Below, in pieces: positions 32,750-41,972 of a stretch of 64,000 nucleotides of DNA. Under the pieces are notes generated by a model. The model did no database searches and was not told the DNA's origin. It saw nothing but the letters and a program-made list of their open reading frames with translations. How positions within the stretch are numbered: position 1 is the first letter of the stretch; each line of letters opens with the position of its first letter. The stretch is taken from contig OZ251459.1 of assembly GCA_965242525.1 (NCBI GenBank), positions 1,632,001 to 1,696,000 of the forward strand. The letters run 5' to 3'. Source of the stretch: an uncultured Candidatus Binatia bacterium (GTDB taxonomy: Bacteria; Desulfobacterota; Binatia; UBA9968; JAJDTQ01). The translations under genes and the position numbers were made by a program.

Positions 32750-35700
32750 TTACGGCGCCGGGACGCTTCCGCCTTGGGTCCCGGGTCGGTAGGTCTCCCG
32801 GAAGACGGTCTCGGAGAGCCATTTCTCGAACGACGGGTTGTCGCTGAACTGCTTGAACAACTCGGTGTGGTCCGCGAGCAGCTCGGTCATGGCGCGGCGC
32901 AGGGCCTTGTCGTGTTCGATGCGCGCGTTCTGCCGGTCGGAGTTGGCCATGGCGTTCCGGTACGCCCTGTCACCGGCCACCTTGGCGGGCAGTTCCTCGG
33001 CGATGACCTTGGCGATCTTGTCCTGGTCCTTCCACTCGATGTTGCCGAACCTGTCGTTGAACTCCTCCAGGATGCGGGAGAGCCGGTCCATCTCCGGTTC
33101 CGGCTTCTGTCCGCCGCCCTCGACGGACGCCGGCGGGACCTCCGCATCCTGGTCGGGAAGCTGGACGTCCTGCACCGCCTGCTTCTCGACCCGGTAGCTG
33201 TCCATGTCGATGGCGTCGAGTATCCCCCTGGACAGGTCGTCCTCGACCGGAGCCGGCAGCTTGCGGACGAGGAAGTTCAGGAAGATGGAGAGCTTCTCCC
33301 ACTCGGCGTTGGTGTAGGGCAGGATGGCGCCCAGGAAATCGTAGGCCCGGAGGAACGCCTTGGCCTTGCCCTTGAAGTCCACCTGTCCGTCCTCGTCCAG
33401 GTTGTCCAGGTAGATGGAGACGCAGGCGTCCAGGATCGGGTCGAGCCGGTCGCGGCCGGCCCCCGAGAGGTACTGCTCCACCAACTCGTCCACCTGCGAC
33501 GGGCCATGGACCTGGTAGCTGTCGAGGGACGCCTTGAGGTCGTGGAGACGGTTCGGGTCGGTCTCGTCCGCCAGGAGCGTGGTCCGGTAATAGTCGGCGA
33601 AGGCGCCCCGTATGGCGTCCGCATGGTTGGCGAAGTCCAGCACGAAGGCGTCGTGCTTCCCGGGGCGCGCCCGGTTGAGACGCGACAGGGTCTGCACCGC
33701 CTTCACCCCGGACAGCGGCTTGTCCACGTACATGGTGTGCAGCAACGGCTCGTCGTAGCCGGTCTGGAACTTGTCGGCGCAGACCAGGAAGCGGTACGGG
33801 TCTTGCCGGATGCGGTCGGCGATGAGGTTCGACGAGAAGCCGTTGAGGGACGCCTCGGTGACCGTCGCGCCCTCGTACTCGTGCTCGCCGGAGAAGGCGA
33901 CCATGGCCCGGTAGGGGCTCTTCCTCTCCGCGAGGTAGGCGCGGATGGCGTGGTAATAGCTCACGGCGCGCCGGACGCTGCTCGTCACCACCATGGCGCG
34001 CGCCTGTCCGCCGATCTTCCGCAGGTCGGCCACCTGCTCGTGGAAGTGGTCCACCATGATCTCGGCCTTGAGGCGGATGGGGTGCTCGTGGTCCTCCACG
34101 TAGCGGCGCAGCTTCTTCCCGGCCCGCTTGGCGTCGAACACCGGGTCGCCCGCCACCGTCTTGACCAACTGGCAGTAGGCGTCCACCGGCGTGTAATGCT
34201 TCAGCACGTCGATGATGAACCCTTCCTGTACGGCCTGCTTCATGGTGTAGGAGTGGAAGGGAACGTGCCGGGTCTTCCCGTCTTCGGGAACGGGCGCGCC
34301 GAAGATCTCCAGGGTCTTGTTCTTGGGGGTGGCGGTGAAGGCGAAGTAGCTGGCGTTGGGCAAGAGCTTCCTGGACTCCATCAGGCGGTTGATCTTGTCC
34401 TCCGCGGTCTCTTCCTCCCCTTCCGCGCCGGCCTCCCCCAGCGCCATGGACACCGACGCCGAAGCGCGTCCTCCCTGGCTCGAATGGGCTTCGTCGATGA
34501 CAACGGCGAACTTGCGCCCCCGGTGCTCGTCGCCCATGGCCTCCAGGATATAGGGGAACTTCTGCACCGTGGTGATGACGATGCGCTTGCCCTCCCGGAG
34601 CAGCGTCCGCAGACGGCCGGAGGTCTCGGCATGGCCCACGACGGCGCCCACCTGCGCGAACTGCCTGATGGTGTCCCTTATCTGCCCGTCCAACACCTTC
34701 CGGTCCGTGACCACCACCACGGAATCGAAGAGCGCTCCACCGTCCCGCTCCAGACCGATCAACTGGTGGGCCAACCACGCGATGGAGTTGGACTTGCCGC
34801 TGCCCGCGGAGTGCTGGACCAGGTAGCGGGCTCCGACGCCGCGCTCGGACGCGTCGGCCAGCAACCGGCGCACCACATCGAGCTGGTGGTAGCGAGGCCA
34901 TACCTGCACCCGCCTCTTGCGCCCCGTGCCCTCGTCCCTGGTCTCCAGGAGCTGGGCGTAGTTCTCGATGACATCGGTCAACCGGTCGCGGGTGAGGATC
35001 TGATTCCACAGGTAGTCGGTCTTGAGGCCGTCGGGGTTGGGCGGATTGCCCGCGCCATCGTTCCAGCCCCGGTTGAAAGGCAGGAACCACGACTCCTTGC
35101 CCCTGAGATGGGTGCAGAAACGGACCTCGTGTTCATCCACCGCAAAGTGGGCCAGGCAGCGGCCAAGCTCGAAGAGCTTCTCGCCCGGGCGCCGGTCGCG
35201 CTTGTACTGCTCCACCGCGTCGTCCACCGTCTGCTTGGTGAGGCGGTTCTTCAACTCGAAGGTGGCCACCGGCAGGCCGTTGACGAACAGGCACAGGTCC
35301 AGGGCAAGCCGAGTCTCGTCAAGGCTGTACCGGAGTTGCCTCGTCACGCTGAACCGGTTCCGTGCGTAGAGGCTTTCGGCCCTCTCGTTCCCCGCAGACG
35401 GCGTGCCGTAGAACAGGTCCAGGTGGTGCGGCCCATGCTTGACGCCCTTGCGCAGCAAGTCGATGGTCCCGCGCCTGCCCACCTGCCCTTGCAGCCGGGC
35501 CAGGAACTTGCGCCGCGCGGGGCCGTCCTGGGCCAGGTCCAGCGACGCGGCCGCCTCGGGCTGGGTGGCGCGGAGGAAAGCCGAAAGCTGGGCCAAGTCG
35601 ACGCAGTACTCCCGGTCGTAGTCCCGCGGGTCCCCGCAAATCCAGCCCGCGCCGCAACCCGACCGCGGTTCGCGCCCCACGCCCTCCTGCGCCGGGTCGC

Positions 35701-35767
35701 ACGCGCTCCCTGTCAGCGCCGTGCAGATGAGGCGCTCCAGGCCGCGCTCGGTGGTGTCCGTGGTCAT
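32750..35767 (-). CDS. hsdR: type I restriction endonuclease subunit R
   Basis: DLCLFVNGLPVATFELKN nuclease motif, QHSAGSGKS, IDEAH, FTATP, TGYDEP, QTLSRLNR. Confidence 0.95.
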   Translation of the reverse strand: MTTDTTERGLERLICTALTGSACDPAQEGVGREPRSGCGAGWICGDPRDYDREYCVDLAQLSAFLRATQPEAAASLDLAQDGPARRKFLARLQGQVGRRGTIDLLRKGVKHGPHHLDLFYGTPSAGNERAESLYARNRFSVTRQLRYSLDETRLALDLCLFVNGLPVATFELKNRLTKQTVDDAVEQYKRDRRPGEKLFELGRCLAHFAVDEHEVRFCTHLRGKESWFLPFNRGWNDGAGNPPNPDGLKTDYLWNQILTRDRLTDVIENYAQLLETRDEGTGRKRRVQVWPRYHQLDVVRRLLADASERGVGARYLVQHSAGSGKSNSIAWLAHQLIGLERDGGALFDSVVVVTDRKVLDGQIRDTIRQFAQVGAVVGHAETSGRLRTLLREGKRIVITTVQKFPYILEAMGDEHRGRKFAVVIDEAHSSQGGRASASVSMALGEAGAEGEEETAEDKINRLMESRKLLPNASYFAFTATPKNKTLEIFGAPVPEDGKTRHVPFHSYTMKQAVQEGFIIDVLKHYTPVDAYCQLVKTVAGDPVFDAKRAGKKLRRYVEDHEHPIRLKAEIMVDHFHEQVADLRKIGGQARAMVVTSSVRRAVSYYHAIRAYLAERKSPYRAMVAFSGEHEYEGATVTEASLNGFSSNLIADRIRQDPYRFLVCADKFQTGYDEPLLHTMYVDKPLSGVKAVQTLSRLNRARPGKHDAFVLDFANHADAIRGAFADYYRTTLLADETDPNRLHDLKASLDSYQVHGPSQVDELVEQYLSGAGRDRLDPILDACVSIYLDNLDEDGQVDFKGKAKAFLRAYDFLGAILPYTNAEWEKLSIFLNFLVRKLPAPVEDDLSRGILDAIDMDSYRVEKQAVQDVQLPDQDAEVPPASVEGGGQKPEPEMDRLSRILEEFNDRFGNIEWKDQDKIAKVIAEELPAKVAGDRAYRNAMANSDRQNARIEHDKALRRAMTELLADHTELFKQFSDNPSFEKWLSETVFRETYRPGTQGGSVPAP

Positions 35768-35821
35768 GGTCCGGATTCCGGTCCTGCATGGAACGGGTTG
35801 ATTACCCGCAGGCCGCCGCAA

Positions 35822-35885
35822 GGAAACCCTGAACAATCGTCCTCGTTCGTCCTGAGCGTAGCGAAGCGAAGTCGAAGGACGCGCT
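35822..35885 (+). mobile_element. partial MITE (TIR + REP1) at a toxin breakpoint
   Basis: GGAAACCCTGAACAATCG joined to REP1. Confidence 0.8.
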
Positions 35886-35924
35886 GACGGCGTAGAGCAG
35901 CACGCTGGTGTCAACGAATCGCAT
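35883..35924 (-). pseudogene. PIN/VapC toxin remnant (14 codons)
   Basis: MRFVDTSVLLYAVS overlaps the antitoxin end and is then cut by REP1. Confidence 0.75.
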
Positions 35925-36231
35925 CGGGTCCGTTCATCGCTTCATCGTACAGCTCTTCCCGGGTCAGCCGATCGGAGGCTTGCAGCCCCAGACGCCGCGC
36001 ATCCAGATCCGCGAAGAACTCGTCCAGCCGCCTGCGCCGACGCTCCAACTCCGGCTCTCTCTCCCCTTCCGCACCCGGTTCGTTGGCCGCCATAGCGTCC
36101 TCGCCGCGGTCGGCCGCGAGGCCATTGAGATAGCCGCGCACCAGCGCCGAGACCGACGTGCCGGCCTCCGTAGCCTTGGCATGGGCGACGCGGTAGGTCT
36201 CCTCGTCCAACGAAACGGTGACGTTCTTCAT
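35911..36231 (-). CDS. ribbon-helix-helix antitoxin
   Basis: MKNVTVSLDEETYRVAHAKATEAGTSVSALVRGYL...RLTREELY. Confidence 0.8.
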   Translation of the reverse strand: MKNVTVSLDEETYRVAHAKATEAGTSVSALVRGYLNGLAADRGEDAMAANEPGAEGEREPELERRRRRLDEFFADLDARRLGLQASDRLTREELYDEAMNGPDAIR

Positions 36232-36431
36232 CCTTGCGACCTCACCATCAGCCTGACTCACAATATACCAGCAATCGACCCTCCGGCGCACCACGGTCTC
36301 GCGGGCTCCCTTTCTCCGGCAATCGGTGGTGTCGGTGGACGACTTCATTTCTTCAAGGGGCGAACAAGCCCTTCTTCGCCAGGACATCGACCGCCATCGG
36401 CATAGCCCGACCAGAGCGGTGCGCCCTGCCG

Positions 36432-36929
36432 TCATCTCGGAAATGTCGGTTGAAGGGTTGAGTCGCCGGGCCGCCGAACCTCCCACGGCTCGAACACCAC
36501 CACCTTCAGATCGTGGAACTCCCCCAAGCTGGCCTCGATACGCGGCCGCACCGTAGCCCAGTCCAGGCCGCCCAATCCGCTGCCCAGCGGCGGCAGCGCA
36601 ATGGAGCCGATATTGCGCTCCCGGATCTCTCGGGTCAGGGTGGCAAGACCGGCTTCGATGTCCTCCATTCGGCTCTTGTCCCGCCAGTGGCGCTTGGTCG
36701 GGAAGTTGATGATGTAGCGCGGGTATATCCGGCCGGTCTCGAAGACGAACAGCCGGCCAGGCTGAACCGTCCCCTGCCTGCATGCCGCGGCGTACGCGTC
36801 AAAGTTATCGGGAAACGCCTTCTTGAACTGCAAAGCAAGGCCGCGCCCCATGACGCCGACACACTTGACGGTGTTGACCAGCGCTTCGGCGTCTTCAGCG
36901 ATGATGTCGCCTGTCTTGTATTCGATCAT
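36432..36929 (-). CDS. darG: DarG-like macrodomain, C-terminal domain frameshifted/lost
   Basis: GDIIAEDAEALVNTVKCVGVMGRGLALQFK, INFPTKRHWR, SIALPPLGSGLGGLDW. MTAGRTALVGL continues briefly in another frame. Confidence 0.82.
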   Translation of the reverse strand: MIEYKTGDIIAEDAEALVNTVKCVGVMGRGLALQFKKAFPDNFDAYAAACRQGTVQPGRLFVFETGRIYPRYIINFPTKRHWRDKSRMEDIEAGLATLTREIRERNIGSIALPPLGSGLGGLDWATVRPRIEASLGEFHDLKVVVFEPWEVRRPGDSTLQPTFPR

Positions 36930-36947
36930 GGCCAACCTTCCTTCACC

Positions 36948-37010
36948 TCAACAATACCAGTCCAGCTTGATTGTGAGTCGCGGTTTATGCGGAGCAGATT
37001 GAAGAACTGC
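36948..37010 (-). pseudogene. DarT toxin C-terminal remnant
   Basis: AVLQSAPHKPRLTIKLDWYC-stop directly upstream of darG, resembling DarT C-termini. Confidence 0.6.
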
Positions 37011-37092
37011 ATGACGCGATAGCACATCGGTAGCGACAAGGTGCCCCTTAGACCGGTTGTCCGCCTATCAAGTGACGCCTACTCTCAAACCC

Positions 37093-37803
37093 TTAATAAC
37101 CCTTTTTAGAAGGTGAAAGCAAGGCAGGGAACTCTTTCATCCGGGCAATAACAGCGAACCGTATGTGTTCATTCAGGATGTCCGCTCGACGACATAAAAT
37201 CCCTTTTTTCTCACAGTGCCGTCTAGCAAAAGTCGTTTCTTCCTCCGTAAGAAACTCGGTGATCCTCACATAATCATCCACTTTCCACATTGGATCGCAA
37301 AGATCGTCGATGTCGTGAACTTCGTCGAGCGATTTTGATTTCTCCAAGAATTGCCCTGCCAACTCAGCTACATATAAGTCGAACTCTGGCCGATTGTAAA
37401 TCATCCTGTAACGCCTGTAGGAGTCTTCCTCGTTTTTTCTGATACCTCGCATGATCTTCTGTCTTTTTTTATCATCCATGTCCCAAGACCGGTTCAGTTC
37501 TAGCGTCATAAAATCCATCTCCAAGGTCCGGCAAAGCGCTTCTTTTTCGGCAAAGGAAAGGCAATTATCACCTCTCGCCCATCGATAAATACGCCAAGGC
37601 CTAATCTGAGGATCACACTGGTAAGCGAGATCCGTCAACGTGCAGTTCTTATCCTTCAAATGCTCTCGAAGCCACTCCGGAGTTTTCCATTTCATACGAA
37701 GCTTGGTAATGAACGATGCCAACGAGTTTCGCTGCACAAACATCATCACTATCGTTAAAACGCTCGCAATCACGGGGAGAATCACGGAGATTAAGTCTAT
37801 CAC
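37093..37803 (-). CDS. AT-rich hypothetical protein, N-terminal TM helix + XRE-like HTH
   Basis: Hydrophobic first ~23 aa; WLREHLKDKNCTLTDLA...IYRWARG...LCRTLE; visibly lower GC than flanks. Confidence 0.65.
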   Translation of the reverse strand: MIDLISVILPVIASVLTIVMMFVQRNSLASFITKLRMKWKTPEWLREHLKDKNCTLTDLAYQCDPQIRPWRIYRWARGDNCLSFAEKEALCRTLEMDFMTLELNRSWDMDDKKRQKIMRGIRKNEEDSYRRYRMIYNRPEFDLYVAELAGQFLEKSKSLDEVHDIDDLCDPMWKVDDYVRITEFLTEEETTFARRHCEKKGILCRRADILNEHIRFAVIARMKEFPALLSPSKKGY

Positions 37804-37962
37804 TGTTCCGTCACCCTTCAGGAGGCTATGTCTTTACCTTTCGATTAGGTTGGTGGGTAGATCCTATTTCGTAAACCATGTTCGGCTTGCAGATTACGCC
37901 GTGAGACCCCGCTCACACGAAAGACTGGAGAATCATCTTTGATTCGGCAGGAACAAGCATGT

Positions 37963-39468
37963 TCAATCTTCCACAGACACCTTGGCCGTTGCTCCACGCA
38001 CGTCCAGCTTGCCGGTCACTGCATTGGCGACCAGGCGGGTGCGATACTCGCGGAGCAGGTCGATCTGCCGCCGGGTACGGGCGATGGTACAGTCGATGCC
38101 AGCGGTAACTTGGTCGAGATATAGGACGATAGCGTTTTGTTCCGATAAAGGAGGGAATGCAATTTTGATCTCCCCGATCTCAGCTTCGTTGATTGCAGGA
38201 ACAGGACCAGGCTTGGTGATGACTGCCAAGTCGATACGCTGCAATAACGATAGTACGAAGTCAGGATTCCCCCGAGCAACAACGCAGCCCATCAAATTAT
38301 TGTCGATGCTGGAAGGTTGTGTCAAGACGCGTCGTTTATTAGTTAGCATCGCACCGCCAACCTTGGGGAAGATAATGGTTCCGACCGGAAAGATTGCTGC
38401 TTTCAATGCCGCTGCTGTATTGTGAGAGACCGAATTATTCCAAGTTTTCACGAACTTGTCATTGCCAGGAAGATTCATGTCAGAGACTTTGAGGAAAGGA
38501 ACTTCTTGATCTTGCTGGCCTTGTTGCTCTACAGGAAATCCACTCCCACTCTTGAATGTCCCCAGGTGTTTCAAAGCGAATACATCCCAATGCTCTGGTA
38601 CATCACCTAGCCACTCCACACCCGAAGGTTTGAGCGAGACGCTAGGATCAAGGCCACGGGTGACGGCTTGGGTCACGACGGCCTGTCGCTCATCCTCCAG
38701 CAGCGCGATGAGCCGCTCCTTGGCATCGACGTACCGGCGGATGCGGGCGTCCACGTGATCCAGGTACCGCACGATGGCCGACTGTTCCGATAGGGGCGGG
38801 AGAGGAATACGGACGGATTTGATGCCAAAGTGGGTAAGACCGTACCGCGTAACGCCGTTCGCCCCTACGTGGAACTGGTAGGCAACCCCCCTGCTCTGCA
38901 AAGTCAGAGCCAAATATGCCCCGAGTATCGCCTTGCAAGGCCGTAGCAGCGCCAGATGGTAGCCGGAAAGAAGGTCATCCGCTGACTCCGTTACCAGAGC
39001 CGGAACTCCAATGTCGTCCCACGTCTCGGAGTCCTTCGTGACGAGTACGTCGTCTCGCTCCAGCCGGAATCTTTCGATTTCGTCCGGCGATGCCGTTGCG
39101 CTCATGAAAGGCAGGTCCTGGGTTATCCGATCGTTCTTGTAAACATCGACGTAGTTGCACAGACGAACCGGAACTTCGCCCTCCCTCGTGTGCTTATCCA
39201 CGTTGCTTACGCGCATTTCCGCTACGGTGCGAAGCCGCCGCACTTTCCAATGCTCCGGCACGTCGCCGAGCCACTCGACACCGGAGGGCTTGTAGGCTGG
39301 ATAAGGGCGGAGCTTTTGGAATCTCTCAACAATCGGGACAGGGGGCATGAGCGCGTCCTTCGACTCCGCTTCGCTACGCTCAGGACGAACGGGGATAAGA
39401 GAGTCAGGGTGAGGGAGTCTATCCCGGATGTCTCGCTTGTTCAGAGGTTCCTTTTTCAGGTCCGTCAT
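37963..39468 (-). CDS. hsdS: type I RM specificity subunit with in-frame MITE near the N-terminus
   Basis: Two KPSGVEWLGDVPEHW and two PPLSEQ repeats; AVTGKLDVR C-terminus. Confidence 0.93.
   Translation of the reverse strand: MTDLKKEPLNKRDIRDRLPHPDSLIPVRPERSEAESKDALMPPVPIVERFQKLRPYPAYKPSGVEWLGDVPEHWKVRRLRTVAEMRVSNVDKHTREGEVPVRLCNYVDVYKNDRITQDLPFMSATASPDEIERFRLERDDVLVTKDSETWDDIGVPALVTESADDLLSGYHLALLRPCKAILGAYLALTLQSRGVAYQFHVGANGVTRYGLTHFGIKSVRIPLPPLSEQSAIVRYLDHVDARIRRYVDAKERLIALLEDERQAVVTQAVTRGLDPSVSLKPSGVEWLGDVPEHWDVFALKHLGTFKSGSGFPVEQQGQQDQEVPFLKVSDMNLPGNDKFVKTWNNSVSHNTAAALKAAIFPVGTIIFPKVGGAMLTNKRRVLTQPSSIDNNLMGCVVARGNPDFVLSLLQRIDLAVITKPGPVPAINEAEIGEIKIAFPPLSEQNAIVLYLDQVTAGIDCTIARTRRQIDLLREYRTRLVANAVTGKLDVRGATAKVSVED
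39318..39451 (-). mobile_element. in-frame MITE (134 bp), TSD TTTT
   Basis: 138 bp = 46 codons; the empty allele reads MTDLKKLRPYPAYKPSG. Confidence 0.93.
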
Positions 39469-39481
39469 CCTGCCGCACCGC

Positions 39482-39604
39482 TCATTTCGACTTCGAAGAA
39501 GCGTCGGCCCGATTGGACTTGGCAAAGAACTCCCCGGCAGGGGTTCTCAGCGGATGGGGCCGCTCCACCGCGTACATGAAGATGTTGGTATCCACGAATA
39601 TCAC
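39482..39604 (-). pseudogene. PIN/VapC toxin remnant (40 codons)
   Basis: GTG start overlaps the hsdM stop (GTGA): MIFVDTNIFMYAVERPHPLR..., with an early stop. Confidence 0.75.
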
Positions 39605-41706
39605 GAACCGCCCTGTCCCCCGCGGCGGGACTTGTCCATGACCCTCAGGTGTTGCTCCCAATCCGGTTCACGCTCAGGACCTTCCCGAGCGTCGCACTCC
39701 CGAAAGAACTCGTCCAGTTGCGCCGGCGACTCGAAGGCGCCGGGGCGCGGCGCCTCTCCCACGATCTCTTCCAGCAACCCTTCGGTCTCCCGCTCCAACG
39801 CCAGTATGTCGGCCCGTATCTCATCCAGGGAGCGCAGGGGTTCCGGCTTGTAGAAGTAACGGGTGAAGCTGATCTCGTAACCGACCTTGAGGTTGCCGGG
39901 CGTGTACCAGGCATCGGGCGCGTAGGGCAGCACCTCCCGTTTCAGGAAGGCGTCGATGCCGCCCTCTTCCTGGAACGGGACCTGCTCGACGTCGCGCAGG
40001 TCGGTGTCCGGCTCGTACTCCACCACCGCGGGCCTGCCGTCGATGGCGGCTGCGAACTTGCCGCATAGCGGGTCGGGCTCGGCGCCGCTCTCGTGGACTT
40101 TCCTGATGACCGGCGGCGCGGCCTCCGAACGCGGGAGTTCGTCCTTGAGCGCCCGGATTTCCCTGGGGGCGTAGGCCCGCTCGGGGTCGATGCCTTCCAA
40201 CCTCAGGGGCCGCTCCACGACCACCTTCCAGTAGGCGAACGCCTCGTTGGGGAATATCTTCGACTCCTCGGTCTCCTCGAAGGCGAGGAAGACGTCGCAG
40301 ATGCGTTGGATGTGGTCGCCCGAAAGTTCACAGTTCTTGTTGCCCAGGTTCTTGCGCAGGGGCCGGAACCATTGGGTGGCGTCGATGAGCTGCACCTTGC
40401 CCCGCCGCTGTTCGGCCTTGCGGTTGCTGAGCACCCAGATATAGGTGGCGATGCCGGTGTTGTAGAAAATGTTGAGAGGCAGCGCGACGACCGCTTCCAG
40501 CCAGTCGTTCTCGATGATCCAGCGGCGGATGTTGCTCTCGCCCTGACCGGCGTCGCCGGTGAAGAGGGAGCTTCCGTTGTGGACCTCGGCGATGCGGCTG
40601 CCCAGGGGGGTGTCCTGCTTCCTCTTGCTCAGCATGTTGGCCAGGAACATCATCTGGCCGTCGCTGGACCGCGTGATCAGCGAGTACTCGCTGTCGCCGC
40701 TATGCTCCACCACGAAGCGCGGGTCCTTGACGCCGGACTTGCCGCCCATGCGCTCCAGGTCGCTCTTCCAGCTCTTGCCGTAAGGCGGGTTGGAGAGCAT
40801 GAAGTCGAACTCCCGGGTCGGGAATCCGTCCCCGGAGAGCGTGGAGCCGTACTGCATGTTGTCCGCCCCGACGCCCTCTCCCTTGAGGATGAGGTCGGCC
40901 TTGCTGATGGCGTAGGTCTCCGGGTTCACCTCCTGGCCGTACAGGTGCACCGACACTTCCTTGCCCTGTTTCCTCGCCAACTCCGTCAGCGTCTCCTCCG
41001 CGACGGTCAGCATCCCGCCGGTGCCGCAAGCGCCGTCGTACACGAGGTAGGTGCCGGACTTGACCTGATCGGCCACGGGCCGGAAGACCAGGTGGGCCAT
41101 GAGCTGCACCACGTCCCTGGGGGTGAAGTGCTCCCCGGCCTCTTCGTTGTTCTCCTCGCTGAAGCGGCGGATGAGCTCTTCGAACACCGTGCCCATGCCG
41201 TGGTTGTCCAGACCCTCCAGCCGTATGGAGCCGTCCTCGTTCCGCACGGGTTCGGGACCGAGGTTGACCGACCTGTCCAGGAACTTCTCCAGCAGGAAAC
41301 CCAGCGCGTCCGCTTCCACCAGCGTGGGGATCTGGTTGCGGAACCGGAATTTCTCCAGGACTTCCTGGACGTTGGGCGAGAAGCCGTCGAGGTACGCCTC
41401 GAAGTCGGCCCGCAACCGCTGCTGCCGTCCGCGGGAGGCAAGGTCGCGGAGCCGGAAGGGGGACGTGTTGTAGAACGCCTGGCCGGACTCCTGGCACAAC
41501 GCGCTGTCCTGATTCGCGACCCCCGCGGCGTCCAACCGCTCCTTCATGCGGAGCACCGCTTCCTTGGTGGGCTCCAGCACTGCGTCCAGGCGGCGGATGA
41601 CCGTCATGGGCAGGATGACGTCCCGGTACTTGCCCCGCACGTACACGTCGCGCAGCACGTCGTCCGCGATGCCCCAGATGAAGTTGCCGATGTTGAGGGC
41701 GCTCAT
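39601..41706 (-). CDS. hsdM: type I RM methyltransferase subunit M with antitoxin-like C-terminal tail
   Basis: GEHFTPRDVV, YDGACGTGGML, SNPPYG, FYNTGIATY, GYEISFTRYFY. Confidence 0.95.
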   Translation of the reverse strand: MSALNIGNFIWGIADDVLRDVYVRGKYRDVILPMTVIRRLDAVLEPTKEAVLRMKERLDAAGVANQDSALCQESGQAFYNTSPFRLRDLASRGRQQRLRADFEAYLDGFSPNVQEVLEKFRFRNQIPTLVEADALGFLLEKFLDRSVNLGPEPVRNEDGSIRLEGLDNHGMGTVFEELIRRFSEENNEEAGEHFTPRDVVQLMAHLVFRPVADQVKSGTYLVYDGACGTGGMLTVAEETLTELARKQGKEVSVHLYGQEVNPETYAISKADLILKGEGVGADNMQYGSTLSGDGFPTREFDFMLSNPPYGKSWKSDLERMGGKSGVKDPRFVVEHSGDSEYSLITRSSDGQMMFLANMLSKRKQDTPLGSRIAEVHNGSSLFTGDAGQGESNIRRWIIENDWLEAVVALPLNIFYNTGIATYIWVLSNRKAEQRRGKVQLIDATQWFRPLRKNLGNKNCELSGDHIQRICDVFLAFEETEESKIFPNEAFAYWKVVVERPLRLEGIDPERAYAPREIRALKDELPRSEAAPPVIRKVHESGAEPDPLCGKFAAAIDGRPAVVEYEPDTDLRDVEQVPFQEEGGIDAFLKREVLPYAPDAWYTPGNLKVGYEISFTRYFYKPEPLRSLDEIRADILALERETEGLLEEIVGEAPRPGAFESPAQLDEFFRECDAREGPEREPDWEQHLRVMDKSRRGGQGGS

Positions 41707-41795
41707 GACTTGCCTCCCGCGGCCGTCTTCCGCACGTCGATGGCGGTCAACGGCAAGGAAACCCTGGACGATTCCGGCTCGAACTCCGTCTCCCT

Positions 41796-41898
41796 GCGGG
41801 AAAGCGCGTCCTTCGACTTCGCTACGCTACGCTCAGGATGAACGGAGGCCTTCGCTTCGCTACGCTCAGGATGAACGGGGGTAATCGTTCAGGGTTTC
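41796..41898. repeat. REP1 doublet plus degenerate TIR at the RM island edge
   Basis: Seen directly. Confidence 0.8.
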
Positions 41899-41972
41899 TG
41901 CAAGTATGCAACGTCTCCCCAAACGGCGCAATCGCTTGACAGCGGCCGGAAGTACATCGAAGATGCTCGCCC

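Noticed and set aside
41703-41790. Possible gene tail (LTAIDVRKTAAGGKS-stop) overlapping the hsdM start
   Set aside because: Too short to identify; may be a deleted upstream gene, but this is unsupported.
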